From assembly GCA_964473525.1 (NCBI GenBank), contig CAYYPK010000010.1, positions 97,657 to 161,656 on the forward strand: a DNA stretch of 64,000 nucleotides, in the 5' to 3' direction. The stretch is from an uncultured bacterium (lineage in GTDB: Bacteria > Poribacteria > WGA-4E > GCA-2687025). This document shows, one piece after another, positions 1 to 10,469 of this stretch (the first letter of the stretch is position 1; every line of letters starts with the position of its first letter). The position numbers were made by a program, and so were the translations under genes. The notes under the pieces are model-generated. The model did no database searches. It saw only the letters and a program-made list of their open reading frames with translations, and was not told the origin of the DNA.

Positions 1-1895
1 TCGAGCTCGACTACTTCTGGCACGGCATCCGCCTCATCATGCGCGAGGAGACGGAGCTACGACGCCAGCACGTGTACCCGCTCATGCTCGCGCCCTGGCT
101 CGACGGGCAGAGCGGCGCGCCCGCGCGGACGCGCTCATCGCCTGATCGCCGCGTGGAGGACGCCTGTCTCGTCGCGCACGAGGGGTCGCACTTCCGATTC
201 GAGTACCCGCCGTCCATGGCGGAGTTCCGCGTGGGCGACGACGTCGTGATACACCGTGGCGATCTGCGCCGCTGGCACGAGGTGCTGCGCGCGACGGTCC
301 GTGAGATGTCAGAGACCTCCGTGACCGTGGAGGCGCGGTCTGATTACACCGCTCGCGGGTTCGCGACCACGCCGGACGGCTGGGTGGTCGAGTACTTCCC
401 GCGGTTCTTTGGTCTGGACACGCTTCGGCGGGCCTTGCACCTGTTCCTCAACTCCCCGAACCATGCGATGAAGTCGCTGGTTCTCGAGGGCCGCATTCCG
501 CGGCAGCAGGGGGCGCTGTTCCCGGCCGACTCGGAGCTGGATCTGGCTCCAGAGCGGCGCCTCAACGGCGAGCAGCGTGGCGCCCTCCTACGCGCCTTAG
601 ACGAGACGGGCTTCCTGTCGATCACCGGGCCGCCCGGCACGGGCAAGACGATGACGATCCACGCGATCGTCGACACTTACGCGCGGCGTAACGCGCGGGT
701 GCTCGTCGCCGCGCTGACGAACAACGCCATCGACAACGTCATAGAACGCCTTCTGGGCGACACGGCGCCGGAGCGCGTGGAATTCGTGCGCCTCGGCGCT
801 GGCTCCCGCATGCGCGACGTGTTCGGCGAGCGGCTCTCGGAGATGGGCCGCGACCCACGCATGTACTTCGCCCGGGAGCTCGGCGAGGTGTGCGACGACC
901 CGGCGCAGATCCGTGCGAGGCTGGAGACGACGCCGGTCGTCGTTGGGACCGCGCACTCGGTCCTGCGTGAGCCGTGGATCGCCGCGCTCGCCGCCGACGA
1001 GCCGCCGTTCGACCTCGTCATCGTCGACGAAGCTACGCAGGCGCCGGAACCGCTCGCGGCCGCGCTTCTCACGCTTGGGCGGAAGGCGATCCTCGTAGGC
1101 GACGAGCGCCAGCTCGGGCCCATCTCCGTGTCGTCGTTCGACCCAGAGCTACAGGAGATGCCTGAGAGCCTGCGCGACATAGGCGTTGCGGGGCTCGACC
1201 GGTCGCTGTTCGAGAGGCTGAACGCGCTGTTGCGGGAACAGGGAGACGAGCAGGGGCTGGTCTTCCTGTCCCGGCAGTATCGGATGCACCCTGTCATCGG
1301 CCGGTGGGCGTCGGACCAGTTCTACGACGGCCGGCTTGAGACCGCGACGGGGCCAAGTGCTGGCGTGCCCGGCCTTGCCAAGGCGGGGGGCAAGGAGGGC
1401 TGGGACGTGCTCGCGCGGGTGCTGGCGCCCGACACGCCTCTGGTCTTCCTGGATGTCCCAGCCAGCGGCGGCGACGTGCCCAACACATGCGCGGAGGAGG
1501 CGCGGCTGGCGGCGATCATCGCCCGCGCTCTCCAGGAGTTGGGCGTCGAGGATGTCGGGTGCATCACTCCCTACCGGAACCAGCAGGCTCTCATGCGGCG
1601 TGAGCTCGCGCAGGTCGGCAGCGCCATCGAGTGTGGCACCGTCGACGCCTTCCAGGGACGCGAGAAGGACGTCATGCTCGTGTCCACGGTTCGTCGCGAC
1701 AAACTCACCGACTTCCTCGCCGATGCCAGACGCCTCAACGTCAGCGTTACGCGCGCCCGCGCGAAATGCATCATCATGGGCGCGCGCGCCGTCCTTCTCG
1801 ACAGCCCAGCGATGGCGAGCCTGGTGAACCACCCGGCGTGCTTGCGCGAGCGTGTCGACGTGGATCAGATCGCAGACGAGCTCGGCGAGGCGTAG
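1..1895 (+). CDS. Superfamily 1 Upf1/DNA2-like helicase (5' end outside window)
   Basis: Frame is open from base 3 to the stop at 1895 with no upstream stop, so the N-terminus lies outside the window. Walker A GPPGTGKT, DEATQ, VGDERQLGPI and C-terminal QGREKDV..NVSVTRAR motifs are typical of the AAA_11/AAA_12 helicase core. Confidence 0.8.
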   Translation, partial: ELDYFWHGIRLIMREETELRRQHVYPLMLAPWLDGQSGAPARTRSSPDRRVEDACLVAHEGSHFRFEYPPSMAEFRVGDDVVIHRGDLRRWHEVLRATVREMSETSVTVEARSDYTARGFATTPDGWVVEYFPRFFGLDTLRRALHLFLNSPNHAMKSLVLEGRIPRQQGALFPADSELDLAPERRLNGEQRGALLRALDETGFLSITGPPGTGKTMTIHAIVDTYARRNARVLVAALTNNAIDNVIERLLGDTAPERVEFVRLGAGSRMRDVFGERLSEMGRDPRMYFARELGEVCDDPAQIRARLETTPVVVGTAHSVLREPWIAALAADEPPFDLVIVDEATQAPEPLAAALLTLGRKAILVGDERQLGPISVSSFDPELQEMPESLRDIGVAGLDRSLFERLNALLREQGDEQGLVFLSRQYRMHPVIGRWASDQFYDGRLETATGPSAGVPGLAKAGGKEGWDVLARVLAPDTPLVFLDVPASGGDVPNTCAEEARLAAIIARALQELGVEDVGCITPYRNQQALMRRELAQVGSAIECGTVDAFQGREKDVMLVSTVRRDKLTDFLADARRLNVSVTRARAKCIIMGARAVLLDSPAMASLVNHPACLRERVDVDQIADELGEA

Positions 1896-1964
1896 CGCGC
1901 CTGTCCCGAACGGGAGCGGCTCGACCACGTTCGCGTTGGCTCCGCGGGTCCGGTACAATCATCC

Positions 1965-4358
1965 ATGTCCGCCACAGCGCTCTACGCATGGCGTAGGGAG
2001 CCAAGGGAGCATCGCCACGTGCGCCATCGCGAACGTCCTGCCACCGAGAGAAGCGTCCGGGCCGTCACCCTCGTCTGCCTGTGCGCGCTCTACGCCGTCG
2101 TGGCGCGACCGGCCATCGGCGCCAACACGGACTACGTCGACCGTTGCGCTCTCTATTCGGACGGGCGCGTCACGCGGCTGTCGCGTATGCCGGCGCGCGT
2201 GCGGCTGGGGTCGCTTCCTGCCGGCATGGGCGAGGAACGGTACGAGGAGGCGTTCCGCGCGGCCGCCGCGCTGTGGGAGGAAGCCACCGACGGCGTAGTC
2301 CGGTGCGTCTTCATCAACGGCGTCGACGGCGAGGCGGACATCCCCGTGCGCTGGGTAACGAAGCTCTCGACCTTCTCGACGGAGAACCGGCTCGCGCACA
2401 CCAGTCTCATACGCCCGACGCCCGACACGTTCCGCGTCTCCATGGAGATGGGGCTCTACAACCGTCAGACCGGTAAGCGACTCACGTACGACGAGATGCT
2501 TACGGCGTCGCTCCACGAGCTGGGGCACGCCTTCGGGCTGTGGGGTCACAGCCCAAACCCCAACGACATCATGTCCGCGGCCTCCGAGGCGCTCGAACCC
2601 ACGGCGCGCGACGCGGCAACGCTGCAACGGCTGTACGAGATGCCCGTCGACGCCTCGCTACACCAAGCGTCGCTGGCAGCGGTACGTCTGCTGCTGGACG
2701 CGCAACCCAACAACGCGAATCTGCACTACCTGCGCGGCAGCGTGCTTCTGGACCACAGCCGGCCCGATGCGGCCGTAGAGGCGCTGCTGGAAGCAACGGC
2801 GCTCAACGAAGATCACCCGGCGGCGGCCGACAAGCTCATACAGGCGTATCTCGCGGCGGGACGTACCCAGGACGCGGTGACGCGCCTCGAGGGTCAGGGA
2901 CAGTCCAGCCCCGAGGACTACAACCGAGCAGGGATCGCCTGGGCCGACCAGGGCGAGACGGCGCGGGCAATTGAGGCCTTCGAGAACGCTCTCCGCATCA
3001 AGCCTGACTTCGCTGTTTCCCGCAGGAATCTGGCGCGCGTCTACGCCCGGCGCGCCTCCGAATTGTCCGACGACGGGGACTCGGTCGGCGCGGTCGCTTC
3101 GCTTCGGGCCGCGATCGCGAACGCGCCCGGGGAAGCGGACTATGGCATGCAGCTGGCGTCCCTGCACAACGCTACCGGACGCGCGTCCGACGCCGCCGAG
3201 GCCTACAAGAAGATCCTGGAACGACACCCGCAACACACGAAGGCGCGCGCGGAACTGGCCAAGACGTACAACAACATCGCGAACGCGCGCAGCAAGGCGG
3301 GGCGGTACGACGACGCGTTGCTGAACGTCGAGCAGGCGCTGCTGCACGACCCCGACCTGCCGGAAGCCCATGCGAACCGCAAGGCCATGCTCTGGAACCG
3401 GGCTCTGACGGCCAGCGAGACGAATCCGGGCAGGGCGCTGGAGCTGTACCGCGCGTACGCGGACATGTACCCCGACTGGTGGCAAGCGCACTCGGAGATC
3501 GGGCGCATCTACCTCGAGCAGCGCGACTTTCTGCGCGCGATCACGGCGTTTGAGGCGGCTTCCGCGGTCGACCCGGCGGCGACGCACAACCTGGCCCTCG
3601 CGCACCACAGGCAGGGAGTGCAGCTGCAACGCGCCGGCAGCGGCGACGACGCTCTGACGCACCTGAAAGCCGCGACCGACCTGGCGCCGACGGTGACGGA
3701 CTTCTACCGGACGCTTGGGCAGGCGTACCGCGCGGCGGGGCGCCACGACGAGGCGGTCGGCGCGTTCCGCGCGGCGCTGCAGGTCGACCCAGAACTGGAG
3801 TGGGCGGGCGCGGAGATAACAAAGGTATCGCTCTCCCTCGGCGAGGCGGCCCGGCAGCGCGGCGACTGGGACGAAGCCCTCAAGCGGTTCGAGGAGATTG
3901 ATGTCGACCGCCGGCCGGCGTCGGTGCACGCGATACTCGGGTGGCTCTACCTGGAAGTGGAAGACATCCCCAACGCCGTGCACGCTCTGGGACGCGCCAT
4001 GATCGCGGCCCCCGACGACGCTGGCTCGCGGCAGAATCTGGACTTCTGCCTGAAGGAGATCAGGAGGATCCAACGGAAGGACGACTCACCGTCCTGGAGC
4101 CGGTTGCTTCAGCGCCTGGAAGCGTTCCGCCTCGCATCTCTCATCGCCCGCCGCGGCCGCAAGGCCGACGTCGCGCGGTTCGAGGAGCTGCTCAGTGGGG
4201 TCGCCGCCGACGAGGCGACCGTCGAGACGCTTCGCCTTGCCGCCGACTCAATAGCTGAATCGATCCGGTCAGAATTCCCGGAAGCCGCCGACCGCATCGC
4301 GGCCGAGGCCGCCGCGCGCGTGGCCGAATACGACGCGCCCGCAGACCCGCATGAATAG
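1965..4358 (+). CDS. Secreted metzincin (M10/matrixin-like zinc metalloprotease) fused to a long TPR-repeat region
   Basis: HELGHAFGLWGH (HExxHxxGxxH) is followed by a Met-turn-like IMS. A hydrophobic signal-like segment is LVCLCALYAVVARPAIGA. The C-terminal region of about 550 aa has recurring TPR-like A/L/Y-rich 34-mers. The true start may be an internal GTG/ATG near 2040. Confidence 0.75.
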   Translation: MSATALYAWRREPREHRHVRHRERPATERSVRAVTLVCLCALYAVVARPAIGANTDYVDRCALYSDGRVTRLSRMPARVRLGSLPAGMGEERYEEAFRAAAALWEEATDGVVRCVFINGVDGEADIPVRWVTKLSTFSTENRLAHTSLIRPTPDTFRVSMEMGLYNRQTGKRLTYDEMLTASLHELGHAFGLWGHSPNPNDIMSAASEALEPTARDAATLQRLYEMPVDASLHQASLAAVRLLLDAQPNNANLHYLRGSVLLDHSRPDAAVEALLEATALNEDHPAAADKLIQAYLAAGRTQDAVTRLEGQGQSSPEDYNRAGIAWADQGETARAIEAFENALRIKPDFAVSRRNLARVYARRASELSDDGDSVGAVASLRAAIANAPGEADYGMQLASLHNATGRASDAAEAYKKILERHPQHTKARAELAKTYNNIANARSKAGRYDDALLNVEQALLHDPDLPEAHANRKAMLWNRALTASETNPGRALELYRAYADMYPDWWQAHSEIGRIYLEQRDFLRAITAFEAASAVDPAATHNLALAHHRQGVQLQRAGSGDDALTHLKAATDLAPTVTDFYRTLGQAYRAAGRHDEAVGAFRAALQVDPELEWAGAEITKVSLSLGEAARQRGDWDEALKRFEEIDVDRRPASVHAILGWLYLEVEDIPNAVHALGRAMIAAPDDAGSRQNLDFCLKEIRRIQRKDDSPSWSRLLQRLEAFRLASLIARRGRKADVARFEELLSGVAADEATVETLRLAADSIAESIRSEFPEAADRIAAEAAARVAEYDAPADPHE

Positions 4359-4419
4359 CGGCTCTACAGCCCATCCACTGGGCGCCCATCGGCCCCAATG
4401 AGCGGGCCGCGCGCCACCT

Positions 4420-4448
4420 GTTGACACCCCATACCGCCTGTGGAACAA
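4420..4448 (+). promoter_or_regulatory. Candidate sigma70-type promoter for the nuo operon (TTGACA, 17 nt spacer, AACAAT)
   Basis: TTGACA at 4420-4425 and an AACAAT -10-like hexamer 17 nt downstream, inside the 200-bp intergenic region upstream of nuoA. Motif match only. Confidence 0.25.
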
Positions 4449-4580
4449 TCCTGCCGCGCGCGACATACGGCGCGTCTTCGGCTACGGTTGTGCCGTGGCT
4501 GGGCCCCGTGTTTTCGGGGGCGAGCGACGGTTCGGGCTCGACATAGTGAAATAGTTCACAACTGCCGCCGGAGACATGCG

Positions 4581-4967
4581 TTGCCGGGCTTGCTGAACAA
4601 CTACTTCCCGATCCTCGTGCTGCTGGCGGTTTCCGTTGTCGTGGGCGTGTCGATCATGCTCATCGCGCGACTCATCACCCGCTACGTCGTACGGCCAGAC
4701 GCGCACGCTCGCAAGGTCACGGTCTATGAGTCGGGGGTCGACCCCGTCGGCGACGCGCGGCTGCGCTTCTCGATCAAGTTTTACCTGGTCGCGATGATCT
4801 TCATCATCTTCGACATCGAGGTCGTGTTCTTCTACCCGTGGGCGGTCGTGTTCCGCGACATGGTTCGGGAGAGCGCGTTCATTCTCTGGGAGATGTTGGG
4901 GTTTGTCGGCCTTCTGGCTCTCGGGTACGTGTACGTGTGGCGCAAGGGCGGCCTCGACTGGAACTGA
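4581..4967 (+). CDS. nuoA: NADH-quinone oxidoreductase subunit A
   Basis: Translation contains [27 protein letters not shown], typical of NuoA. Probable TTG start at 4581 with GGAGA 7 nt upstream. The track ORF from 4440 has an implausible N-terminal extension. Confidence 0.85.
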   Translation: MPGLLNNYFPILVLLAVSVVVGVSIMLIARLITRYVVRPDAHARKVTVYESGVDPVGDARLRFSIKFYLVAMIFIIFDIEVVFFYPWAVVFRDMVRESAFILWEMLGFVGLLALGYVYVWRKGGLDWN

Positions 4968-5009
4968 TCCTGAGGATCCACCGCGCGGCGTGCCTATCGC
5001 CCGCGTGAC

Positions 5010-6854
5010 ATGCCTATGAGTGACGAAGCTACTAGCCCGGAAGAAGAAGCGGCCCCCGAACCGGCAAGGCCCCTTTCGGTGGACCGCTTAGAGGAACGCT
5101 TCGCGTCCTCCCTGCTTTCCGCCGAAGAGTCCCATGGCACGTGGACCGTGGTGATCGCCGCCGAAGCGGCGCACGACGTCCTGTCCTTCCTCCAGTCCGA
5201 TGCTGACCTCGCATACGATCACCTCAGCGATGTTACGGCCGTCGACGTGTCCGAGTTGCCCGCGTCCGAGGCGGACTTCCACGTCGTCTACCATCTGGCG
5301 TCCCATCGCAACGTCGCCGACGCGGAGCTGCGCCGCCTGCGGGTGACCGTTCCCGTCACGGCGTCCGGTGCGTCCGTACCGACGGCCTCCGACATCTGGG
5401 CGGGCGCCGACTGGGCCGAGCGCGAGATATGGGACATGTTCGGGCTCCGGTTCGAAGGTCACCCGGACATGCGACGCATTCTTATGCCCGACGGCTTCGA
5501 GGGGCGCCCGCTGCTCAAGGCGTACCCGCGGCGCGGTACTGGCGAGCGGGCGGCGTTCGACTTCGAAGCTTCGCAGTCCACCCTCCTCGGCAAGACGACA
5601 GACGGCTCATGGCCCACCGACGGCGACGACGTGCAATCGGAGACGATGGTTCTGAACTTCGGGCCGCAACATCCGGCGACACACGGCACACTCCATCTGG
5701 AGATCGAACTGGACGGCGAGCGAATCGTCCGATGTAGCCCGCATCTCGGGTACCTCCACACGGGCTTTGAGAAGCTCGCGGAGGACATGCACTGGAACCA
5801 GTGGATCGTCGTGACGGACAGGATGAACTACCTGTCCCCGATGTCGAACAACTTCGGGTACGTCGTCGCCGCCGAGCGGCTGATGGACATGGAGATACCC
5901 AAGCGCGCGCAGTACATCCGCGTCGCGTTGGCCGAACTCGCGCGGATCGCGGACCACATGGTGTGGCTCGGCACGCACGCGCTGGACATCGGCGCCTTTA
6001 CCGCGTTCCTGTATGCCTTCCAGCAACGCGAGAAGGCATATGAGATCTTCGAGGCTTGCTCAGGCGCGCGGCTGACGGTCAGCTACATGCGCATCGGCGG
6101 ACTCGTACACGACACGCCAGAGTGCTTCGAGCCGATGCTGCGAGAGTTTGTCACCGCCTTCACGACCACTGCGCTGCCCGAAATCGACGGTCTCCTGTCC
6201 AAGAACCGCATCTGGATCGACCGTACCAAGGGCGTTGGCGTCCTCGACGCGGATGAGGCCGTGAACGCCGGCGTCACGGGCCCAGTTCTGCGTGGATCTG
6301 GCGTGGACTGGGACGTGCGGAAGGCGGACCCGTACTCGAGCTACGAGGAGTTCGACTTCGATATCCCAGTCGGCGTTAACGGCGACACGTACGACCGGTA
6401 CCTCGTCCGTATCGAGGAACTGCGCCAGAGCTGCCGCATCATCACGCAGGCGTTGGACCGCATGCCGGACGGCCCGGTGAACGTCGACGACCACAAGGTG
6501 AAGATGCCCGGCAAGTCGCACGTCTACAAGACCCCGGATCACACGCACCGGTACGATCCTGCGCATCCGCACGGGTCCATCGAAGGACTCATCCACCACT
6601 TCAAGACGGTGATGGACGGCCACGGCGTGGAGATACCGGTAGGGGAAGCGTACGCGGCGACGGAGTCTCCAAACGGCGAGCTTGGGTTCTACGTGGTGAG
6701 CGACGGAACCGGCACGCCGTACCGCGTCCGTGTGCGGGCGCCTTCGTTCTACAACTACCAGATGATGCCGAAACTGCTTCGCGGACACATGGTGTCGGAC
6801 ATTGTCACCGTGTTGGGGAGCGTGAACGTCATCGCCGGCGAATTGGACCGGTAG
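5010..6854 (+). CDS. nuoCD: Fused NADH-quinone oxidoreductase subunits C/D (30 kDa + 49 kDa)
   Basis: N-terminal about 190 aa is NuoC-like (WAEREIWDMFGLRFEGHPD). The C-terminal part has NuoD hallmarks (MVLNFGPQHPATHGTLHL, YLDRMNYLS-like, RVRAPSFYNY). Single 614-aa ORF. Confidence 0.9.
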   Translation: MPMSDEATSPEEEAAPEPARPLSVDRLEERFASSLLSAEESHGTWTVVIAAEAAHDVLSFLQSDADLAYDHLSDVTAVDVSELPASEADFHVVYHLASHRNVADAELRRLRVTVPVTASGASVPTASDIWAGADWAEREIWDMFGLRFEGHPDMRRILMPDGFEGRPLLKAYPRRGTGERAAFDFEASQSTLLGKTTDGSWPTDGDDVQSETMVLNFGPQHPATHGTLHLEIELDGERIVRCSPHLGYLHTGFEKLAEDMHWNQWIVVTDRMNYLSPMSNNFGYVVAAERLMDMEIPKRAQYIRVALAELARIADHMVWLGTHALDIGAFTAFLYAFQQREKAYEIFEACSGARLTVSYMRIGGLVHDTPECFEPMLREFVTAFTTTALPEIDGLLSKNRIWIDRTKGVGVLDADEAVNAGVTGPVLRGSGVDWDVRKADPYSSYEEFDFDIPVGVNGDTYDRYLVRIEELRQSCRIITQALDRMPDGPVNVDDHKVKMPGKSHVYKTPDHTHRYDPAHPHGSIEGLIHHFKTVMDGHGVEIPVGEAYAATESPNGELGFYVVSDGTGTPYRVRVRAPSFYNYQMMPKLLRGHMVSDIVTVLGSVNVIAGELDR

Positions 6855-6862
6855 GAGGCGCA

Positions 6863-7345
6863 GTGATGTCGTTCGAGTTCACTACCGAGAACTTGGCGAA
6901 GTTCGAGGAGTTGGTCACGCACTATCCCGAGGACTACCGACGGGCGGTGACGCTGCCCGCGCTGCACCTGGCGCAGAGCCAGGAGGGCTGGTGTTCGCCC
7001 GGCGTGATGGAGTACATCGCCGAGATGGTAGGCACGTCGCCCGCGCAGGTGCGGGATGTCGTCACGTTCTACCCGATGTTTTTCGAGGAGCCGGTCGGGG
7101 AGTATATCGTCAGGGTCTGCCATACGTTGCCCTGCGATCTGTGCGGCTGCGCGAAGATCAAGGAGCATCTGACGGAGAAGCTCGGCGTCGGCATGGAGGA
7201 GACGACGGAAGACGGCAAGATCACATTGCTGTCCTCCGAATGCCTCGCGGCGTGCGACCAGGCTCCGGTCATGATGATCGACGACGACCTACACGGGTTC
7301 CTGACGCCCGACAAGGTGGACGAACTCATCGACGGCCTCGACTGA
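6863..7345 (+). CDS. nuoE: NADH-quinone oxidoreductase subunit E (24 kDa, 2Fe-2S)
   Basis: Thioredoxin-like 2Fe-2S cysteines (CHTLPCDLCGC ... CLAACDQAP). AGGAGG upstream. The start may be ATG at 6866. Confidence 0.9.
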   Translation: MMSFEFTTENLAKFEELVTHYPEDYRRAVTLPALHLAQSQEGWCSPGVMEYIAEMVGTSPAQVRDVVTFYPMFFEEPVGEYIVRVCHTLPCDLCGCAKIKEHLTEKLGVGMEETTEDGKITLLSSECLAACDQAPVMMIDDDLHGFLTPDKVDELIDGLD

Positions 7346-7364
7346 CCGAGTATCTGGCGGGATA

Positions 7365-8768
7365 ATGGGCAAGCCAAAAGAACTGCGCATACTCTACGAA
7401 AACCTCGACGTGCCTGACATGCACACAATCGAGGTGTACCGCCAGCACGGCGGGTACAAGTCGCTGGACAAGCTGTTCGGCATGGAGCCCAGCGACCTTG
7501 TCGATATGGTTAAGGAATCGGGCCTGCGCGGCCGGGGAGGCGCGGGCTTCTCCACAGGCATGAAGTGGAGCTTCGTCCCGAAGGACATCGAGCCGAAGTA
7601 CCTGTGCGCGAACGCCGACGAGAGTGAGCCAGGCACGTTCAGCAACCGCTACGTGCTGGAGCGCAAGCCGCACGCCCTCATTGAGGGCATCATTAACTCG
7701 TGCTGGACGCTGGGTATACACACCGCTTACGTCTACATCCGCGGCGAATTCACGCTTGGCAAGAAACGCCTGGACGCCGCCATCCAGGAGGCGTACGCCG
7801 ACGGCCTTCTGGGCGAGAAGGTCGCGGGTAAGGACTTCGCGCTCGACATCTACACGCACGCTGGCGCAGGCGCCTACATATGCGGGGAAGAGACGGGGCT
7901 CATCGAGTCCCTGGAAGGCAAACGCGGGCAGCCGAGGAGCAAGCCGCCGTTTCCCGCCGTGCAGGGGCTCTTTCAGAAGCCGACGGTCGTGCAGAACGTC
8001 GAGACGCTCTGCAACGTGCCGCTCATCGTCAACAACGGCGTGGACTGGTACAAGGCGATGGGGTCGGTCTACCTCGACTGCCCACGCGGCACAGACCCAG
8101 TCAACACCGGCACAAAGCTCTACTGCGTTAGTGGCCACGTAGAGAAGCCCGGCGTCTACGAGGTCGAGATGGGCCTCACTGCGCACGAAATGATAGAGAT
8201 GGCTGGCGGCGTACGCGGCGGCAACCGGCTTAAGGCGGTCATCCCCGGGGGCAGCTCGGCGCCGGTCCTGACACCCTATGAGTGCGACGTGCCGCTCGAC
8301 TTCACGTCGCTGCAGATGGCGAAGACGATGATGGGCTCGGGCGGCGTGATCGTCATGGACGAGACCGTGTGCATGGCCCACGCGCTCACGAACCTGCTGG
8401 ACTTCTACGCGCACGAGTCGTGCGGTCAGTGCACGCCATGCCGCAACGGGACGCCATGGACTCGCGACATCGCTAAGCGGATTGAGCAGGGCGGTGGGCA
8501 ACCTGGTGATGTTGATCGGCTCATCGAAGTCGCCAACAACATCGCGAACGTCGACACGTTCACCTGGAACACCATCTGCGTGTTTGGGATCGCCGTGTCG
8601 TGGCCCGCCGTGAGCTTTGCGCGCAAGTTCCGGCCCGAATTCGAGGCTCACATTCGCGAAGGCAAGTGCGTGACGTTGCCAGTGGACGAAGCAGTGACGC
8701 CGCCCGAGGAAAACTACGCCTGGCCACAAGCGCTCGCAGAGGCCGCGCAGAAGCCCGCTTGGGACTAA
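7365..8768 (+). CDS. nuoF: NADH-quinone oxidoreductase subunit F (51 kDa, FMN/NADH-binding)
   Basis: GRGGAGFSTGMKWSF FMN motif, glycine-rich NADH site, and the 4Fe-4S motif ESCGQCTPCR. Confidence 0.92.
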   Translation: MGKPKELRILYENLDVPDMHTIEVYRQHGGYKSLDKLFGMEPSDLVDMVKESGLRGRGGAGFSTGMKWSFVPKDIEPKYLCANADESEPGTFSNRYVLERKPHALIEGIINSCWTLGIHTAYVYIRGEFTLGKKRLDAAIQEAYADGLLGEKVAGKDFALDIYTHAGAGAYICGEETGLIESLEGKRGQPRSKPPFPAVQGLFQKPTVVQNVETLCNVPLIVNNGVDWYKAMGSVYLDCPRGTDPVNTGTKLYCVSGHVEKPGVYEVEMGLTAHEMIEMAGGVRGGNRLKAVIPGGSSAPVLTPYECDVPLDFTSLQMAKTMMGSGGVIVMDETVCMAHALTNLLDFYAHESCGQCTPCRNGTPWTRDIAKRIEQGGGQPGDVDRLIEVANNIANVDTFTWNTICVFGIAVSWPAVSFARKFRPEFEAHIREGKCVTLPVDEAVTPPEENYAWPQALAEAAQKPAWD

Positions 8769-8784
8769 GGCGAGAGGACGACCG

Positions 8785-10425
8785 ATGGCGAAGATAACGA
8801 TGGACGGCGTCGAATACGAGGTGTCGGACGGCCTGACGGTCGTTCAGGCCTCGGCTGAAGTCGGCATCACTGTCCCTCATTACTGCTACCACCCCGAGCT
8901 GCCGGCTCCCGCGAACTGCCGCATGTGCCTGATAGAGCTCACGCCCCCTGGCGCGCCTGGGCCGATCAGGCAGTTGGCTACCGGATGCAGCACACGCGTC
9001 GCCGACGGCATGGTCATCAACCATGACACGCCACAGGTGAAGGCAGGCCGCGCGCTGTCCTTAGAGGCGTTGCTGGCGCATCACCCCTTGGACTGCCCGA
9101 CCTGCGACCAGGCTGGCGAGTGCGAACTTCAGAACTTCGCGCACCAGTTCGGGAAGGGCGTTGGGAACTACGCCGAGACGAAGAAGCTCCCACCACGCAA
9201 GCACCTCGGGCCGCACGTCGACATCGTCGCGACGCGGTGCGTCACGTGCACGCGCTGCACACGCTTCACGGAAGAAGTGAGCGGCGACGCAGTGCTTGGG
9301 CTGACGAATCGCGGTGGCAAGAACGAAATCGACATCTACCCCGGCATTCCGCTCGACAACAAGCTGTCGGGGAACGTCGTCGACATCTGTCCCGTGGGGG
9401 CTCTCCTCAGCACGGACTTCATGTACAAGTCGCGTCCGTGGTTCCTCGACGAGGTGGACAGCGTCTGCACGCGGTGCAGCAAGGGCTGCAACATCACGGT
9501 CGAACACCGCGACGGAGAGACGGCGCGCGTGAAGCCCCGGTTCAACGAGGACGTCAACGGGTTCTGGATCTGCGACGACGGCCGATACGGGTACGACTTC
9601 GTGAACAGCCCGGATCGCCTGCGGATGCCGATGGCGCGCGATGGCGACGATCTCGTGGCGTGCGGGTGGTCCGACGTGTTTGACCGCATCACGGCAGCCG
9701 TGAACGAGGCGGGCGGGGAGAACGTCGCGGTCATCGCGTCCGCGTGGTCCACGAACGAAGAGCTCCACGCGGTGCGCCGGTTCGCAACGGAGGCGGTGCG
9801 CACGAGCCTCGTTGGCCTGCTGAGCGCGGCGGGCGACGACGAGGACACGGTGTATCCAGGCTTCACGATCAGGAGGGACAAGAATCCCAACCGCACAGGC
9901 GCGCAGCAGATTCTGGGCGAGGAAGTCGCACAGGACGCCGCCATCTGGGACGTGCTGAAGCGTGCGAAGGCAGCGGTGATCTTCTCCGGGATGCCGGACG
10001 CCGAGCTCAGTGATGACGCCGTCCAGGCGCTGGAAGCGTTGGAGTTCCTCGCGGTAGTGGACACGGCGAGTTCCGCTCTGACGGGGCTGGCCGATATTGT
10101 CATTCCCGGCACCGCGTTCACCGAGAAGAACGGGTGCTTCACGAATTCTGAGAAGCGAGTGCAGAAGCTGAACGCCGCGCACGGCCCTCTCGGCGCCTCA
10201 ATGCGGGAGTGGGAGTTCGTGAAGTACGCGGCGGAGGCCCTGGGCGCAGACTTCGATTACGCCGACGAGGCGTCGGTGACAGCAGACTTGGTAGCATCGA
10301 CCCCCGCCTTCGAGGGCGTCACGCCCGAGGCGGTCGGGGAGCGGGGTTACGTGTTGGGCAGCGGCGAGGCAGAGCCGGAGACGAACACCGGCAACTACGC
10401 CTACGCCAAGATGTTCTGGAAGTAA
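8785..10425 (+). CDS. nuoG: NADH-quinone oxidoreductase subunit G, short (546 aa) form
   Basis: N-terminal 2Fe-2S ferredoxin fold (CYHPELPAPANCRMCLIE) and 4Fe-4S motifs (CPTCDQAGEC, CVTCTRC). It is shorter than E. coli NuoG because the molybdopterin-like domain is truncated. Confidence 0.9.
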   Translation: MAKITMDGVEYEVSDGLTVVQASAEVGITVPHYCYHPELPAPANCRMCLIELTPPGAPGPIRQLATGCSTRVADGMVINHDTPQVKAGRALSLEALLAHHPLDCPTCDQAGECELQNFAHQFGKGVGNYAETKKLPPRKHLGPHVDIVATRCVTCTRCTRFTEEVSGDAVLGLTNRGGKNEIDIYPGIPLDNKLSGNVVDICPVGALLSTDFMYKSRPWFLDEVDSVCTRCSKGCNITVEHRDGETARVKPRFNEDVNGFWICDDGRYGYDFVNSPDRLRMPMARDGDDLVACGWSDVFDRITAAVNEAGGENVAVIASAWSTNEELHAVRRFATEAVRTSLVGLLSAAGDDEDTVYPGFTIRRDKNPNRTGAQQILGEEVAQDAAIWDVLKRAKAAVIFSGMPDAELSDDAVQALEALEFLAVVDTASSALTGLADIVIPGTAFTEKNGCFTNSEKRVQKLNAAHGPLGASMREWEFVKYAAEALGADFDYADEASVTADLVASTPAFEGVTPEAVGERGYVLGSGEAEPETNTGNYAYAKMFWK

Positions 10426-10469
10426 CTTAGATGGGCGTCGCCTAGCGCGAACGCTCGGATGGCAGGACG

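Noticed and set aside
2658-4073. 471-aa minus-strand ORF (and 7326-8729, 9061-10182, 13535-14446, 14775-16199, 17913-18785 minus ORFs)
   Set aside because: All overlap strongly conserved + strand genes (metzincin-TPR, nuoF, nuoG, nuoL, nuoM, nuoN) in antisense. These are shadow ORFs of a 70% GC genome.
4440-4580. Long N-terminal extension of nuoA, and a possible hairpin in the nuo leader
   Set aside because: The extension is not NuoA-like and precedes a good TTG+SD start. The apparent inverted repeat around 4447-4470 does not form a consistent stem when checked base by base.
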